From Dromaius novaehollandiae (taxonomy: Eukaryota): DNA of 64,000 bases. How positions within the stretch are numbered: position 1 is the stretch's first letter; the number at the start of each line of letters is the position of its first letter. Positions 49,251-62,297 of this stretch are shown one piece after another. A model generated the notes under the pieces. The model ran no database searches. It was not told the DNA's origin and saw only the letters and a program-made list of their open reading frames with translations. The translations under genes and the position numbers were made by a program. The stretch covers positions 199,991,336 through 200,055,335 of the forward strand of contig NC_088098.1 in the NCBI RefSeq assembly GCF_036370855.1. The letters are read 5' to 3'.

Positions 49251-51929
49251 CTAAAAGACAAGTTACAAATATGGTCATTATGCACACATAACTACAGTAT
49301 TCACACAAATAACGTTTATTTGTAATTCATCCTAGTAAAATCCCACAGTCCAAACAAAACATTTAAAAAAATACACAACCTTTTTGGGCTATATTTGAAT
49401 TGAAACATCTAATTTAGGAACATGCTACCTCTTCTCTTCCTCCATTGTCAACAGTGAGAGCTGGACTCCTTCAGATGTTCACAGTTCAGCCCAGCTAAAG
49501 TAAGGATAACTTCAGAGTGAGTTAATCCCTCTACAGTGACTACAGAACTATGAGGGTGACCAGCTGCCCAGAGCTCTTAGCAGCACACAGGAGGGCCAAT
49601 AATGGGCCAGGCTGTACTGCGGCAAATATGGTACAAATCCAGACCAAAGACTTCCCTTACCTCGAAGGGTAAGGAAGAATGTACAAAAAAATGGGGAAGA
49701 GGGCTGAATAATGGTAATATATTTTGGCAGACTCATACGGATCTTATACTGTTTTACTGGAATCATACGCACGTTGTAAGTTAAAGCTTTCCTCACAAGT
49801 CAAAATAGAGATGTTAAGAGCAGTCAAGTCATATAAAATGGTTGCAAGTAAGAAGCAGTGAATTTTGTACCTCTAACAGTTAAAATTAAGCATACAAAAA
49901 CTGACTGATCCAGATCAATGCATGGTCATAACATTAGAATATTAGATCTATTTCACTTGAAAACAAGATAATAAATGGATATACTTTCATTTGTCACATA
50001 TAACAAAATATAGCTTTAGAAAAAAAGAGTTCTTCCCTGATACAGTGTTTCTCAGCACTGAGCCCAGATTTATTCTGAGATTCCCATCTGGAGATAGGAT
50101 GAAACACTTGCTTAATCATAATTTAATTTCTAAAGTTTGGGTAAGGTCCATTCCGAACAGGCCAGCCACTTGTTAGTGGTTCTCGGTATCTTAGAGCTCA
50201 CAATTTCTAGGTACTGAAATTCTAACTTTGCACTGTATTTATAAATACTTTTCGAGACAGGTATTTCAATTAAGACATGTTTGTACTGCATTATCTCTTA
50301 ATTCACTTGCTATATTCAGGAATTCATTTTTTAGCATTTTTTTCCAAGTTCATTTTTTAATGAGGGAATTTCCTTCGCTCTTCTTTTTCCCCAGCTCATA
50401 TTTACAGGTCAGCAGTCTGAAGGGATGAATGAGAACCTTATTTATTGTCTAGCCCATGGTTCTTTACATCACCAGAGCCATAGCACAGTGAGGTGTCAAA
50501 AAAACTCAGACCATACTGAATTTACAGTGCAAAACAAAAATACTCTTCCTAAACTGGGTATGTTATTTCTCACTTTCTCTCCTAAACAGAGGTGCATTGT
50601 CAGAGTTGCCAGGAAACAGCTGTGCTCTGGGTAAGGTGATGATGCACCTACAATATTCCTTTTCTTTACATATTCCTTTTCTTTTGTTCAATGTCAGTTT
50701 CTTTTGTTATGCACAATTTAAACTGGAGACTCTTGAGGACAGCATCTACAGTTTTTGCTGTAAAATGACAATCATCCACAGAAGCTCTATGTAACACAGT
50801 AGGCTTTAAAGTAACATGTTTAATGTTATATTAGGAAAAGTTGCACGTAAGTGAGAGGGAGAAATTAGCTCACTTAATCATATTCTTCTTGAAACTAAAA
50901 AAAAAAAAAACCAACAAATAAACTGGCAAAACAAAAAATAAAATCATAACATAATGCATTACCTTCTCCCCAAGGGGGATCAGAAGCAAGTACTCTAATA
51001 TGACAATATAGACGAGCTTGTCATAATTTATGAGTTATGGGGGAAAAAATAACTGTTGCTTTCAATTGCCAGAAGTACTAAGATGTGGAGTATCTTTATG
51101 CTATACCTTCGCTAATAAGTTACATAATCCATTCCCTGTCACAGGCACGTGAATATCTATATTGTTAAGGCATTGGCATATTCCTTGGTGTACTTCTGGC
51201 CTCCACCAATGTGCACCCCCCCAGTTTCCAGCAGGCTTTGGGAGACAGAACATCACCCTGACCATTCCCAATAGGCAGTCTGGATATGAGCGCTCGATCC
51301 CGAGGGCCAAGAGAGTTCACTAGCACAGATGTGGGCCAAGCCATGCTACAGGCACAGACATGGCCACAGTCCCTGGAACCATTCCTAGTCATGTTTAATA
51401 TACTAATATAAACATAGCCGACTGGTTTTGTTGTTGTACACATCATGCAAGCAGGCTCCTTGATTTACCTATGCTGCATGTTCAGTATGTATTTAAAATT
51501 TAAAGCTGGATTTAAAATAAAAAGCTGCAATATGACAGCCATCTATTTTCACTCAGTAATCAAATGTTTTCATTAACATAAACAATAACATAATTGAAGC
51601 CCAATTCATGATGCAGCTCCTTATTGAGCGTTTCCCCTACCTGATGACGAGAGAAGAAAAACAGCCTGGCAGTTTTATCCAGGAAAGAAACTTCCTGGCT
51701 CTTTTGTGGAGAGAGAATATTGCTCTTAATTTTTTATGTGATATTTCAACACTACTAAGCCAGATGCATTAAAAATGTAAACAGAATTATTTTTACTGAA
51801 ATATTAAACAGAGAAATAATCTCTACAGTTCTTATGACTTCTCTAGAAGAGGTAAGACTAACACTCCACAACACTTAACAGCATTTGATATTTCCCTACA
51901 GAGATCTCAGAAATGAATCTGAAACATAC

Positions 51930-52062
51930 CTTGCGATCAAGCACAAAATGAATTACTCCACCATTTTCTTTAATGCATGTTTTCAGCCTATTCTTCTCCT
52001 GAATAGGTAAGTGCTTCACTTTAAAAAAAAACACACAGTTTGCAAAGATTGTCATCGTCCTC
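51930..52062 (-). CDS. PARP4: PARP4 first coding exon (ATG at 52055, reverse complement of cat 52053-52055)
   Basis: Acceptor ttttttaacag, then 7 nt of 5'UTR, then MTIFANCVFFFKVKHLPIQEKNRLKTCIKENGGVIHFVLDRK, followed by donor AAG|gtatgt. Human PARP4 N-terminus is MVMGIFANCIFCLKVKYLPQQQKKKLQTDIKENGGKFSFSL. The ORF-track ORF 51858-52181 extends upstream with no biological meaning. Confidence 0.8.
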
Positions 52063-54719
52063 CTGTTAAAAAAGGAAATAGGGTTTTTGGCTGAAAAAAT
52101 GTTCATTCCTATTATCCATCTAAGTAATCTCCCACCAAATATACTCTTTTCAACTCTAGAAAATACTAAAACAAATGCCATTTTATTAGCATGGTAATCA
52201 AATCCACCAAGAATAGTTCTTAATCAGTTTCATTCATTTTTTTAAATGATGTGGAAAATTTAGTGTGACCTACATTTTCAGTAAAGTCATGGCGTCAACT
52301 AATTGTCAAAGTCCTGTCTTGATCTCTTGCTGCTAATACCCATTGTTACTAATGTGGCATTATCTTATTTTAGACTAGAGCAATCTTTCTGTTCCCCTTT
52401 CAGACAATGCCACTATAAAACAACTCTCTTTTTCAAGCATGTAAACTGTTTCTTATGTTCCTACTCACGGATGTATAGAATCTAAACATACAAAAAACAA
52501 CATTCAAAAAGAACTTTGTAAAAATGATTCAGATTCAACCTAACAGAGCAGAAAACAACAGAACACGAGTTTAGTTTTAATCTGGATCTGTTTTCTGATT
52601 TAATTCACCCTGTGGCCTAGGGCAAAGGTTTACATTGGAACATGGGAGGGGTAGTGTAGCAGTGGAAGCATAGTCAGGGAGGAATGAAGGTAGGCAAACA
52701 GCTTCTTTTCTTAGCAGTGCCTGCCTACAATGTCTGTAAAACAACTTCAATGAAAATTGGCTGTGTGCTATTTGTGACAAACTACACTAAGATATGGGAG
52801 GCTGGGAAAGTTTTACTTAATCAGGAATAGAGTTTATGACAACTAAATGTAAAGACAGTGTCTGACTTAAGTCATTAAAATGTATCCTCAGTATACACCT
52901 ATTTTCCTAGCCACTTGTGTGTGCAAAGTTATTATTATTTTAAAAACTGATGGGAATGATAAAGAGAATTATAACGTGAATGAGAACACTTCACAACCAC
53001 AGAGCTCTTTATATCACTTGAGCTCCTCAGCATGTCACAGGGGATTTCCAGGAGAGCCTTCGAGTGGCACAGGAGTGGTAAGTGCAAACTAGAGGGCCTT
53101 AGCTTGGGCCCACCCTTAGCTCCCTACCTATATTTGAAGTACAGTGCTCAGTTTAGATTTCTCTGAAAGGCATTCAGATTGTACATCTCAAAACCACTTT
53201 GAGACCTTAATCAACATAGGGCAACTGGCGACAAGCAAAAGATTTGGCTTAAAACTGTATTTCTGCTCCAAGCCAAACTGTTAATGCAGACGCACCCTAC
53301 AGCAATGAGTATGAACAGGACGTATGCCTGTAAAATAAAATATTCCAGACAGAAAATTCTTTTCACTGGTAATTCTTTGGCTAACCATTGTATTGTATCG
53401 CAGCCAGAGGGTTAGTATCAATGTTACTTGTAAAGACCCTGTGTTCAACTCTTTAACTTTTCATACTTCTGGAAGAGTTACTTGGTGATAGAAATTTTTC
53501 ACCATGACTTAAGACAAAATATTTCTAACTGTGAGATGACTGGACAAAAGTGACAATCCAGAATATCTGCCTTCTCCAAATTCATCCTGGACCCACAAGA
53601 TGAGGCAGAACAAATAAGAAATTGCTCCTCGAAAAGCAAAGACAATGTGAAAGGAAAGTAATTCTTGTGCTGGCCAAAAATGCCTGACATTAAGTGCCCT
53701 CTCTTTTGGACGGGCCATTCGGAGGAAAAAAAAAGAGTTTTTTCCAACTTGATGAGAGATCCCACATGCACTGCAAATTCTGAGCAAGCCTCTACGCTCT
53801 GAATCCTAGAAATAAATATTTTCTGAACTGTAAAACTTTCAAACTTTAAAATCAGAATAGGAGATTGTTCTATTGAACCTGCGTGTTGAAAATTAATTAG
53901 CAGCTGACAGACACTTAAAACTGGTAACTGTGTTGTGGCAGCACCAGATAAGGAAGTTATTTAAAGGAAAACTGCTGACAATCACTGCTGGCTTAATTCC
54001 TACAATTTTATTTTGTGTTGGTGAAGATCATTAGGGCCTATTTGCCTCAAAGGAATTGTGAGCTTGTACTTGCTGATCAAACTGTGAGCTTGGGACCACC
54101 ACGAGCAACAGATTACATTTTTAGCATGTAGAGGGAGCGGTGACACCAGAGGGAGCTGGGGGATGAAGTTTTTATCACCCCAAAATAGTCCATGAATAAT
54201 ATGGAGTCCTGTAAGGCCTTCACCATACAGAAATATTGAAAACAAATCTCTACCGTGCTTTCCTAATAAAGATGTCAAAGGAATTCAACGTGATGCTGTG
54301 CCTTAAAAAGGCATAGGTAGAAATCCTCATCTTTCCTATCACAGTAGCTTCATGCTGTTAAGGCAGAACCCAGTTTGAGGACAATCATGTAGAAAATATA
54401 TTCGTAACTGGCAAAGTGAAAGTGCAAGGAAGATGATGGAAAGTTTAGGAGAAAGAACCAGGTGGAATTACAGAAAGAAGAAAGAGCTGAAATTAAAATG
54501 AGTATTCGGCCATTGGAAGGGCTGACACGGGTCCACACAGCCTAGTGCACAGTTCTGTAGCTGCCCACGAGAGGAAAGGACAAAACCAGGTCACAACCTG
54601 CAACGCACCGTGAGCTTTTAGTAAACGGCTAATTTTCGAAGAGAAAAAAAAAGAAGTTCAGCGAGACGGAGCAGACCTAAAACGCAAAATGTCAGAAAGA
54701 CAAGGCGTGCTCTTCGCCC

Positions 54720-54800
54720 GTTTGTCACTTACTGCGGCTATTTAAAGATTAAAACGGCGTAAGAAACGGCTGCAGAAGCAAACAGCATCCCCCAGAAAAC
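54720..54800 (-). other. PARP4: candidate 3' end of PARP4 non-coding exon 1 (donor CA|gtaagt near 54733)
   Basis: The first coding exon begins at an acceptor 7 nt before the ATG, so an upstream non-coding exon is required. Minus-strand TAGCCGCA|gtaagtgac sits at the edge of the CpG island. The TSS was not determined. Confidence 0.3.
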
Positions 54801-55269
54801 GCCACCCTGGAAGGCCTGCGGGCCGCTCACTACCCGGCAGTTTCCTCGTACACCTCTCACTGCAGTTGTCAACGGCTACTGCGCGGAAGCGGCCGTTAAC
54901 CTGCACGGTTTTCCCGGCCGCCTTGGGGTGCCGGGGCGCGGCGAGCTGCGCGCCGCGGCTCCGGGGCGACGCCTGCGAGCCGCGATCCCACAGGGCCGCG
55001 AGCGGCGACAGCGGAGAGAGCCGGGGGGAAAAGCGAGCCGCTTCTACCTGCAAGGCGGCCCCGGGAACGAGGAGCAGCGCGAGGTGCCGGAAAGAAACCG
55101 CCGCAGACCGATCGCCGCCGCCTCCAACAGCCCCGAGCAGGAACAGGAGCGGGGGGCGGTAGCTACCGTTGAAGCCCATCAACGGCCTTTGGCTGCTGAG
55201 GCTCGTGGGAGCTGTAGTTCGAACGCTGCAGGGCCCCTCGCAGCTGGGCTGGGAGGGCGGAGGCTTGGG

Positions 55270-55289
55270 ACTACAACTCCCAGCATGCC
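55270..55289 (+). promoter_or_regulatory. ZNF143/THAP11 (SBS-type) motif ACTACAACTCCCAGCATGCC
   Basis: There is a near-exact match to the consensus ACTACAAYTCCCAGCAATGC, which is typical of CpG-island and bidirectional promoters. A partial ACTACA-like element on the opposite strand lies at 55213-55222 (gctgtagttc). Confidence 0.55.
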
Positions 55290-57202
55290 TCGCGCGGGGC
55301 GTTGTTCAGCCTGTGGCGCTAGGAGGCTGTGCGATGGCGGCAGGTTTGTAAGAGCCGGGGAGGGCGGGCGGCCGGAGCGGTGCGGCGGCGGCGAGCGGCG
55401 GTGCGAGGAGCGGGGCTCTCGCTGCCGCCTCGGCACCTGCGAGGGGCAGGGGTCGAAGCTGCCCCGGGGCTGGGGGGCGGCGGGGGCCGGCCGCCCTCGG
55501 GCCGCGCTCTGTGAGGGCGTCGCGGTGCTGGGGGCTGGTGTGTCCCCGGGGGAAGGGCGATGCCGCCTGGCCTTGGCGCCCCGGCTCTGCTTCGGAGCAG
55601 GGAGAAAGGCTGCGCTCGTTTCCTCGCCGCCGAGGAGGGCCCTGCCGGCTTTTGGGGGGTCCTTCCCCCTCGCCCACCTTCTCTCCCCTGGAAGGTTACA
55701 GTTCAGCTTCGGCGCTGCCAGCCCTTTTGGTCTGTGCAGAGGAGCTGCTGCCCTTAAGCTTTAGGAGAAGCTTTAAATAGACCGCAATTTTATCAGACAG
55801 TTCATATAAATTTTAGGAGGGTGTTTTTTGGGGGGTCTCAAAACCTGGTGGGCAATGATCAATGAGTTTTCGGTGTGTTGTCTATCTTCTGGCATCTGCT
55901 TGTGAACTGACAGGCTGCTCTGAAGGGATCTCCAAAAGGTCACACGAAAAAAAGTGTAAATTCAGCAGGTTTAAATTTGCTTATGCAGGAATCTGCACCT
56001 TGCAGGGGAAGTTCCAGTGGTGTCTGAAAACAGAATGATGTTGAAAACCATTCGTTTAAGGGAATCTTGCTGTCTCCCCTAGTTATAGGCCAGTCTGCTG
56101 CTTCTCCTGTTGTTGCCTCTGTGAAACTTCGGTTAAAAGCTTAAGCGCTTCTACAGCTTCTGCATATGTGCAGAATTAAACAAGAGCTGGCATGGACTGA
56201 TCTCTTGGGAATGAGGAAACTTTAAAATGCTGCTTCCTGATCAGCAGGACTGTTGATGAATGGTTTCCTATAGTTGAATGTCCTTTGTTCCCTACCCCTT
56301 CTTCTGTCTGTATTCCTTAGGATGTGCCATATGCACAGGCAGAGAGTTAGTTGTTCTCGGACTTGCTTGAGGTAGCAGTGCTGAGTGGCCAGACTGTTGT
56401 TGCCATATGAGCAGTGGCGGTTCTGCCTCTGGCCTTAGTGGGGACATCACACCAGGCTTCTTAGCTACCTGAATTCATTACTGCTTCATGAAGCTTGTGG
56501 CAATTTGATCATCACTGATGCTTTTATAGTCTTCAAACTCTTTCTGAGTTAAAAAAAAAAAAAAAAAAGAAAGACAGGAGGAGGACGAGGTTAACAGGCA
56601 GCATCGTTGTAGAGTTCCCATGAGAAACCAAGGAACGCATGAAAATGATGATAAGTGCTGCACTGACATATGCACAGTAAAATGATTGTATGTAGACAGA
56701 CTTTAAAAATTATACTAATATGAAGGTCCTGTGAGGGAAGTATCTTTTTCAGCTCCTCAAAAGATTTCTCTCTCCTTTTGTTGTGAATGCTTTCTAAAAG
56801 CTCTGAAGCTGTCCCTGTGCTATCAAATAGAATATTGTGTATTGCTTTATAACATTTGAGATGTTATTTATTTGAATGCAGTTAATATTAAAGTTTAAAA
56901 GTTAGATTGTGTTGACTTCCTGTATGTTCGTTACTAGTGGTCCAAATTGATTTTATTGCCTAGGGAAAAATACATAGTGACTCAGTTTTATAAATATATT
57001 GCTGGGTATAAGAGAATAAATTTCTGTTTGAGGATCTATTATTGTAGACTTCTCATTCTGTTTATTTGTTTAATTTCTAGGCGCGAAAAGATAATCATCC
57101 ATACCAAACACTTGAAACTTTTTGATAATTTTACTATTTTAACAATAGATAATGTTATATTATTATGTTATTTGCTGATGCAACATTAAATTGGAATACA
57201 AG

Positions 57203-57589
57203 ATGCCAACTGTTGAAGATCTAAGTAGTGAACCGAACTTCATTGCACCTTGGATGTCTGACACTTCCCGTGCTGGAGTCTTATTAGATCCTAATTTTCC
57301 TGGGTTGAAAAGCAATGAAGAACGTCTGTTATCTGGACATGAAAACATCACAGCTTTCCCTGAAGTGCTGCATCTTTCAAACAGCTGCTCTATAAGTGAG
57401 GACTCCTTGTGTGAAGAAGAAATACTGGAATCCAGCAGCTCTTGTAGACTTCAGCAACATACCACTGAAACATCTTTTCCAGCAGCAGCATATAATTTAG
57501 AAGCCTCTGAAACAGAGTTTGTCCGTGGTGAAGTGGATGGTCAGAATAAATCAGACTACAATGATCCACTCTTACAAAAGCTTGAACAG
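57203..57589 (+). CDS. CENPJ: CENPJ first coding exon
   Basis: ATG at 57203 then MPTVEDLSSEPNFIAPWMSDTSRAGVLLDPNFPGL...DPLLQKLEQ, followed by donor CAG|gtaaaa. Human CENPJ has [36 protein letters not shown]...DPLFKKLEQ. The ORF-track start at 57191 is a TTG codon. Confidence 0.8.
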
Positions 57590-58381
57590 GTAAAAGTTAT
57601 AAAATTCTTGACATAACACCAACTAGGAGTTATTTTGTTCCTGCACGTGATTTGTCATACTTGAAAGCAGGCAAACCTTTGCAGTATAGAACAGACCATG
57701 CTTAAAGGGCAAGTCTCTACACATGAATAAAGGTTATTGTCCTCCTTCGCAAAAGTTATTGAAGATCTAATTAATGTCTGTTGTTTCTAGCTGGCACAGG
57801 TTCCAGTTCAGAAATGAAAGTGCATTCAGTGGCAGAGTGTTTGTTGTCAATTTTTTTAAACTGAAAAGATGCACTTTGTTTTAGAGTAATCCATTACTAC
57901 TTCACTTCAAGCTGTGGAAACAGAGTGCTAGTGCTGGTCGTTACAATGGTAGTACTTCAGTCCAAATATTCCAGTACGTTGGAAAATCACAAAAGAAGAC
58001 AGTAAAGTTGTATGTTCTTGCAACATAGCAAGGAACATTTTCTATTAGTTCTCAAAATAGGTATACACACCCATATACCAGGCTCTGTTTAGGTGATGAG
58101 AGGTTTTAGTGTTGAATATGATGAAGTATCCAAGACTTTGGGACCAAAAAGCATGGATTTATGACCCTATGATTGATTTCCTTCCCTCCCTCCCCCCCAC
58201 CCGGCCTCTTGAAGTGACCTTGCTAGTTAAGCCACTGTAACTGGCTGTACGTCTGCTTGTAGCTCTCCTCAGTTGCCAGATATAAAATGTTAGCTGAAAA
58301 TGTTAAGAGACACTTTAATAAATCTTGCTGTTAGGGATCAAGAACTAACCTCCTTGTCCCCTTTGTTAGAAGTTGTTGCCG

Positions 58382-58402
58382 TTTTTTTTTTTTTTTTTTT
58401 TT
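58382..58402. repeat. poly(T) tract (about 21 nt) in CENPJ intron 1
   Basis: mononucleotide run. Confidence 0.6.
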
Positions 58403-58761
58403 CCCCTCTGTTTTACATGTTAGGAAAATATATTCACTTTTCCAGTAATGTCAGCAGTATCTAACAGTTGCTAAATAATGAGTAATAGCTGGTTCTAATG
58501 TTGAAATCTGAAGGGGAATTGTTAAGTATTAAGACTAGTAGTATTGTTAGGCAAGCTGGAAATAGTATATACATTCACAGATAGGAAAAATGGCAGTTTT
58601 GTTCAGGATAGCACTTCATAATTTTTAGATTTTTTTTCATGTTTTACTTACCTAATAGAACATCTTTAAAACAGCAAATACTTGTTGTTTTGATAACACT
58701 TATTCTGAGATATATTCTAAGTAAAATTACCTTCAAACACATTTATTTTTTGCTTGAAAAG

Positions 58762-58885
58762 CTGAAGGAATTGCAACAACAGAAACAGGAACAGCTAAAG
58801 AAACAACAGATGGAACAACTTCAAAGGCTCATGGAAGAGCAGCAGAAGCTACTCAGCATGGTATCTGGCCAGACAGCAGTTCTTG
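58762..58885 (+). CDS. CENPJ: CENPJ coding exon (coiled-coil)
   Basis: Acceptor ttgaaaag then [42 protein letters not shown], followed by donor G|gtaagc. Human has [37 protein letters not shown]. Phase 0 in, phase 1 out. Confidence 0.8.
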
Positions 58886-59347
58886 GTAAGCTGAGAAATA
58901 AAGCAGATGACGTACCTTGAGTAAACTCAGGAGTTTGAATACACTTTCACATTTTAACTGGAAAATGAAGTCAATGTTCTTCCTCTTAAAACTACTTAAT
59001 TAGTCAAAGATAAGCACCGCATCATTTCAGTGTTTGATAATATTCCTTCTGCAGTAGCACCCAAATATCCTGTTGTTATAAAATTTGTAACTTAATATAT
59101 TTGTATATATAATTGTAACTTAATCAACATGCATTATGATGGGAACCCTTGTTTCAAAGAGCATAGTCTAAATATAAAAGACAGTATAAAACAATTACTT
59201 TCATCTCCGATTAGCTGTTTCTAACAGTATTTTTGATTGCTTTAAGCTGGCACTGTATCCAAAAGAAGTGGTCCTTCCTTGTTTGTGATTGTGCAGCACG
59301 AATTGTTCAGATGGTGAACTGGACAGGGAAGGTGATCACTGTTTTTA

Positions 59348-59408
59348 AAAACAAACAAACAAACAAACAAACAAAAAAACCAACCCAGCCAACCAACCAA
59401 AACCAAAC
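59348..59408. repeat. (AAAC)n / (CCAA)n microsatellite in a CENPJ intron
   Basis: aaacaaacaaacaaacaaacaaacaaaaaaaccaacccagccaaccaaccaaaaccaaac. Confidence 0.8.
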
Positions 59409-59763
59409 ATTTGTAACCAGGATCAGTATTCCAGTCCAATTTGTTATGTGCAAAGGGAGGGGACAGCACGGGAGTGAAAAAAAGTCAGCTGAGCAGGGGC
59501 ACTTCCTTTTGCTGGCAGTATCAGTCCATGCCGACTTAAATGACTACCTTTCTTTCACTCTGCATACCTGAGAAAGTTAGCTTAGGGATTAGTCTTAAGT
59601 GGGGAAAAAAACCCAGATTGCCTCATGGCTTATTCTTGATCAGGAGTGTAAGGATGAAGTCTGGATGATCAGTCTTGCTCTTCAGTGCCACTTCTTTTCT
59701 TTTCGGAACAGTAGTGATACAATAATACAAATACAATGACACCTTTTTTCTTTTTCTTTCAAG

Positions 59764-60066
59764 GCTCTGCTCTAGTAGCTGAAGGTCAAAACCTAAGATC
59801 TGAACATTCAGTGGGCTTGACAGCTTTACACCAGTTTCCATCATCTGTATATCAGAACCACAATGAAGACAGAGCTTTTGCTCTCAATAACGTTTCTTCG
59901 CATACACAGGACAGTGGATTTTTACAAAAGTTAAACAACAAGGAATGCATCTCAGCCTTGAAGAGCAGTCTTTCAGCAGTCTCTGCCTGTGAGAAACAAA
60001 GTCTGGGTGTGCCTCTGAAAATGCAGAATTGCTTGAAAAACAATGAGGAAGACAAATATACCACTG
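59764..60066 (+). CDS. CENPJ: CENPJ coding exon
   Basis: Acceptor tttctttcaag then (G)SALVAEGQNLRSEHSVGLTALHQFPSSVYQNHNEDRAFALNNVSSHTQDSGFLQKLNNKECISALKSSLSAVSACEKQSLGVPLKMQNCLKNNEEDKYTT, followed by donor ACTG|gttagt. It is phase-consistent with its neighbours. Confidence 0.7.
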
Positions 60067-61161
60067 GTTAGTCATTTGTTGAAAGAAACACCTTTTTAAG
60101 ATAAGTTGATGTGTGTGGTGTTTTTTTTCCTCCATATTTACTGAACATAATAATTTGCTACCATTTATTGTGTCTTTTTAGGTAAATACTGGTTTACTTT
60201 GGTAAATACTTCATCAGTTGACATACTATCAGCTTGTAGGCCTTAGAGAGTTCCTGTTGATGTCCATTTGAGTTTTGTTAAAAGCAGCGTGCAGAAAAAT
60301 CAGGTTCTTTTGTCTGTATAAAATGTTTGTCTGTTTTAGGAAAAACTATAATCATTACTGTTAAAGCCTATATATGATAAAGACTGGGAAAATGATAAAT
60401 AATGACAAATCTTGGATAGCTGGATTGTTGGTAAGTTGGGCTGAATTGAACCCATATTTTCATATGGTGAATGGAAAATAACGATCTATCGAGAAATACA
60501 GAATGTCTTCCTACCAGCCCTATTGTGAGGATTAGTAACTGAACTGGAACTAGGGGTCAAGATGGCTGTGAGTTGACAAAGAGATCCCACTGTATAACCA
60601 GAAGTTATTTATACATCAGAAACAATGCGCTAGAGTTTCTCACCTTTCCTGTTCTCCTCAGTTTTACCATTGGCACCAGTGTGACTACTGTGATGCTCTG
60701 GCTGGAAAACTAATTCTGTTTTAATTTAGCAATTTAATATGGTTGCTGAAAACTGTTGGTTGGTTAAAAGGATGTAAAAGGAGCAATTGATCTTAATTTA
60801 TATGTATGTACATGGGAAACAAGCTTGATAAGAGAGCTCTTCTGTACAGCAAAGGTAAAGTAACTGAACAAATTTGGATTTAAGTCATAAATTAACAACA
60901 GCAAAGAAGATGAACAATTAAAATGAGGTACAAAGATCTGTGGAAAATGTAAATGCAGAATTGGATGTTCCCCTAAAAAGAGAGCTTCAATTCAAATAAG
61001 AATTAATTTGGGGAAATCTTAGGACTATGTTGTGTGGGAATTCAGACTACATGATCACAGTGCTCCCTTCTGCTTTTAATCTCATCTGAATGCTTTGTAA
61101 AAGTAGAGCCAAAAACTGATTTTTATGTTAGAAAAAAATACAGTTTTCTGTCATTTCACAG

Positions 61162-61309
61162 GAAAAAGCATGTGGTGTCCAGAACAAAAGATGGAAAAAT
61201 CAGTGAAGAGCAAAGACTGTCACATTGATCATGCATGTGTTGGAAGTGCAGATTTCTCAGAAAATTCCAATGCAGAAAAACACTTATGGGTGACTAATAC
61301 AGAGGAAAG
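61162..61309 (+). CDS. CENPJ: CENPJ coding exon
   Basis: Acceptor tcatttcacag then (G)KSMWCPEQKMEKSVKSKDCHIDHACVGSADFSENSNAEKHLWVTNTEE, followed by donor AG|gtaatt. Phase 1 in, phase 2 out. Confidence 0.7.
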
Positions 61310-62297
61310 GTAATTAAGACCATTGTTATGCATATTTTTATCGAATAGCTAACTCTGGTTTGACTGATTTAGGAGTCCTGATTGAAAGAGTCTAATATTC
61401 TCAATTTGTATAGCTTTCCCAACCAAGGATTTCATTTTGCTAGATACTGTAGAGACCAGCGGTAAGAGAGGCTCTAGCTTGAAATTGCTTGTGCTGTGAA
61501 AGACATGGCATAAAGTGTGTGCAGCATGAGGTAATGACAGTTTAGAAGCACATTTTGGTATAGGCTTAGTATATAAACAGTTATAATTACTGCTCCCAAC
61601 TTGATTAATTACAACCTCCACCGCCACTGTTAGGTGGCAAAAGAAGTAATGTGAAAGAGGAGTGTAAGGCCCCTTCTATTACCAGGAGTTATGTTGTAAG
61701 CATCTGTGGATGGCCAAGAAGTAATAATAGTGCTTGTGGGAGAAGCCTTCTCATGTATGGTAATAGCTTTGTTCCTGGAGTTGGTGGAATAAAAATAGTG
61801 GTTGGAATTGTTTTAAAGCTCTACCTTAGCTGCCTGGTCATCACAAAGCCAAGAAATAGTTGTTCCAGACAGTGAAGGAGTAGGAGTCTCTAATCAAAGG
61901 GAGAGAGAAGGAACATTATTTCAATGGCATTACTGTGAATCAGCATTAGGACTATGTTGTATAAATAGGCAGTATGACTAGAATCTGAGTGAAAGCTTGG
62001 TTCAGGCAGAAGAATGGATCACTGAGAAAAGTAGTGAAAGAAGAAACAGCAGAACTTGCATACGGTATCTTCTGTATATATGTTGTTCGTTATAGCAGGG
62101 ATTTGATAAACCATTTCTCAAAAGATAAACAACAAGTGGTATAATGTATTCCTTGGGTTAACTTTGCCACTTAATGACTGAAATACTTCATAATTTGTCA
62201 TCTTTTGTGCAATTAGATCTTAGGTCTTTGAATAGCAATGATGTTAAACACAGTTATTTTATATAAAAATGTAAGACTTGGTTCTGAATTACACCAG

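Larger units (their letters stand above)
54700..55790. promoter_or_regulatory. CpG island / bidirectional promoter shared by PARP4 (minus) and CENPJ (plus)
   Basis: The region is more than 70% GC and CpG-dense. It lies between the divergently oriented PARP4 first coding exon (52062) and the CENPJ ATG (57203). The long Gly/Arg/Ala/Pro ORFs on both strands are compositional artefacts. Confidence 0.75.

Noticed and set aside
54741-54750. TATA-like TTTAAATA on the minus strand near the PARP4 island edge
   Set aside because: It lies downstream (intron side) of the putative exon-1 donor, and CpG-island promoters are usually TATA-less.
54742-55780. ORFs of 85-278 aa in the PARP4/CENPJ CpG island
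   Set aside because: Same compositional artefact. Their low-complexity Gly/Arg/Ala/Pro content shows no similarity to known proteins. The region serves as promoter and 5'UTR.
57191-57202. ORF-track start codons at 57191 (CENPJ), 6787 (MPHOSPH8), 15285 (PARP4 large exon) and 30451
   Set aside because: The underlying codons are TTG or GTG. The track evidently uses a relaxed start table, so ORF 'M' positions were not trusted. True ATGs were placed by homology (57203, 6763, 52055).
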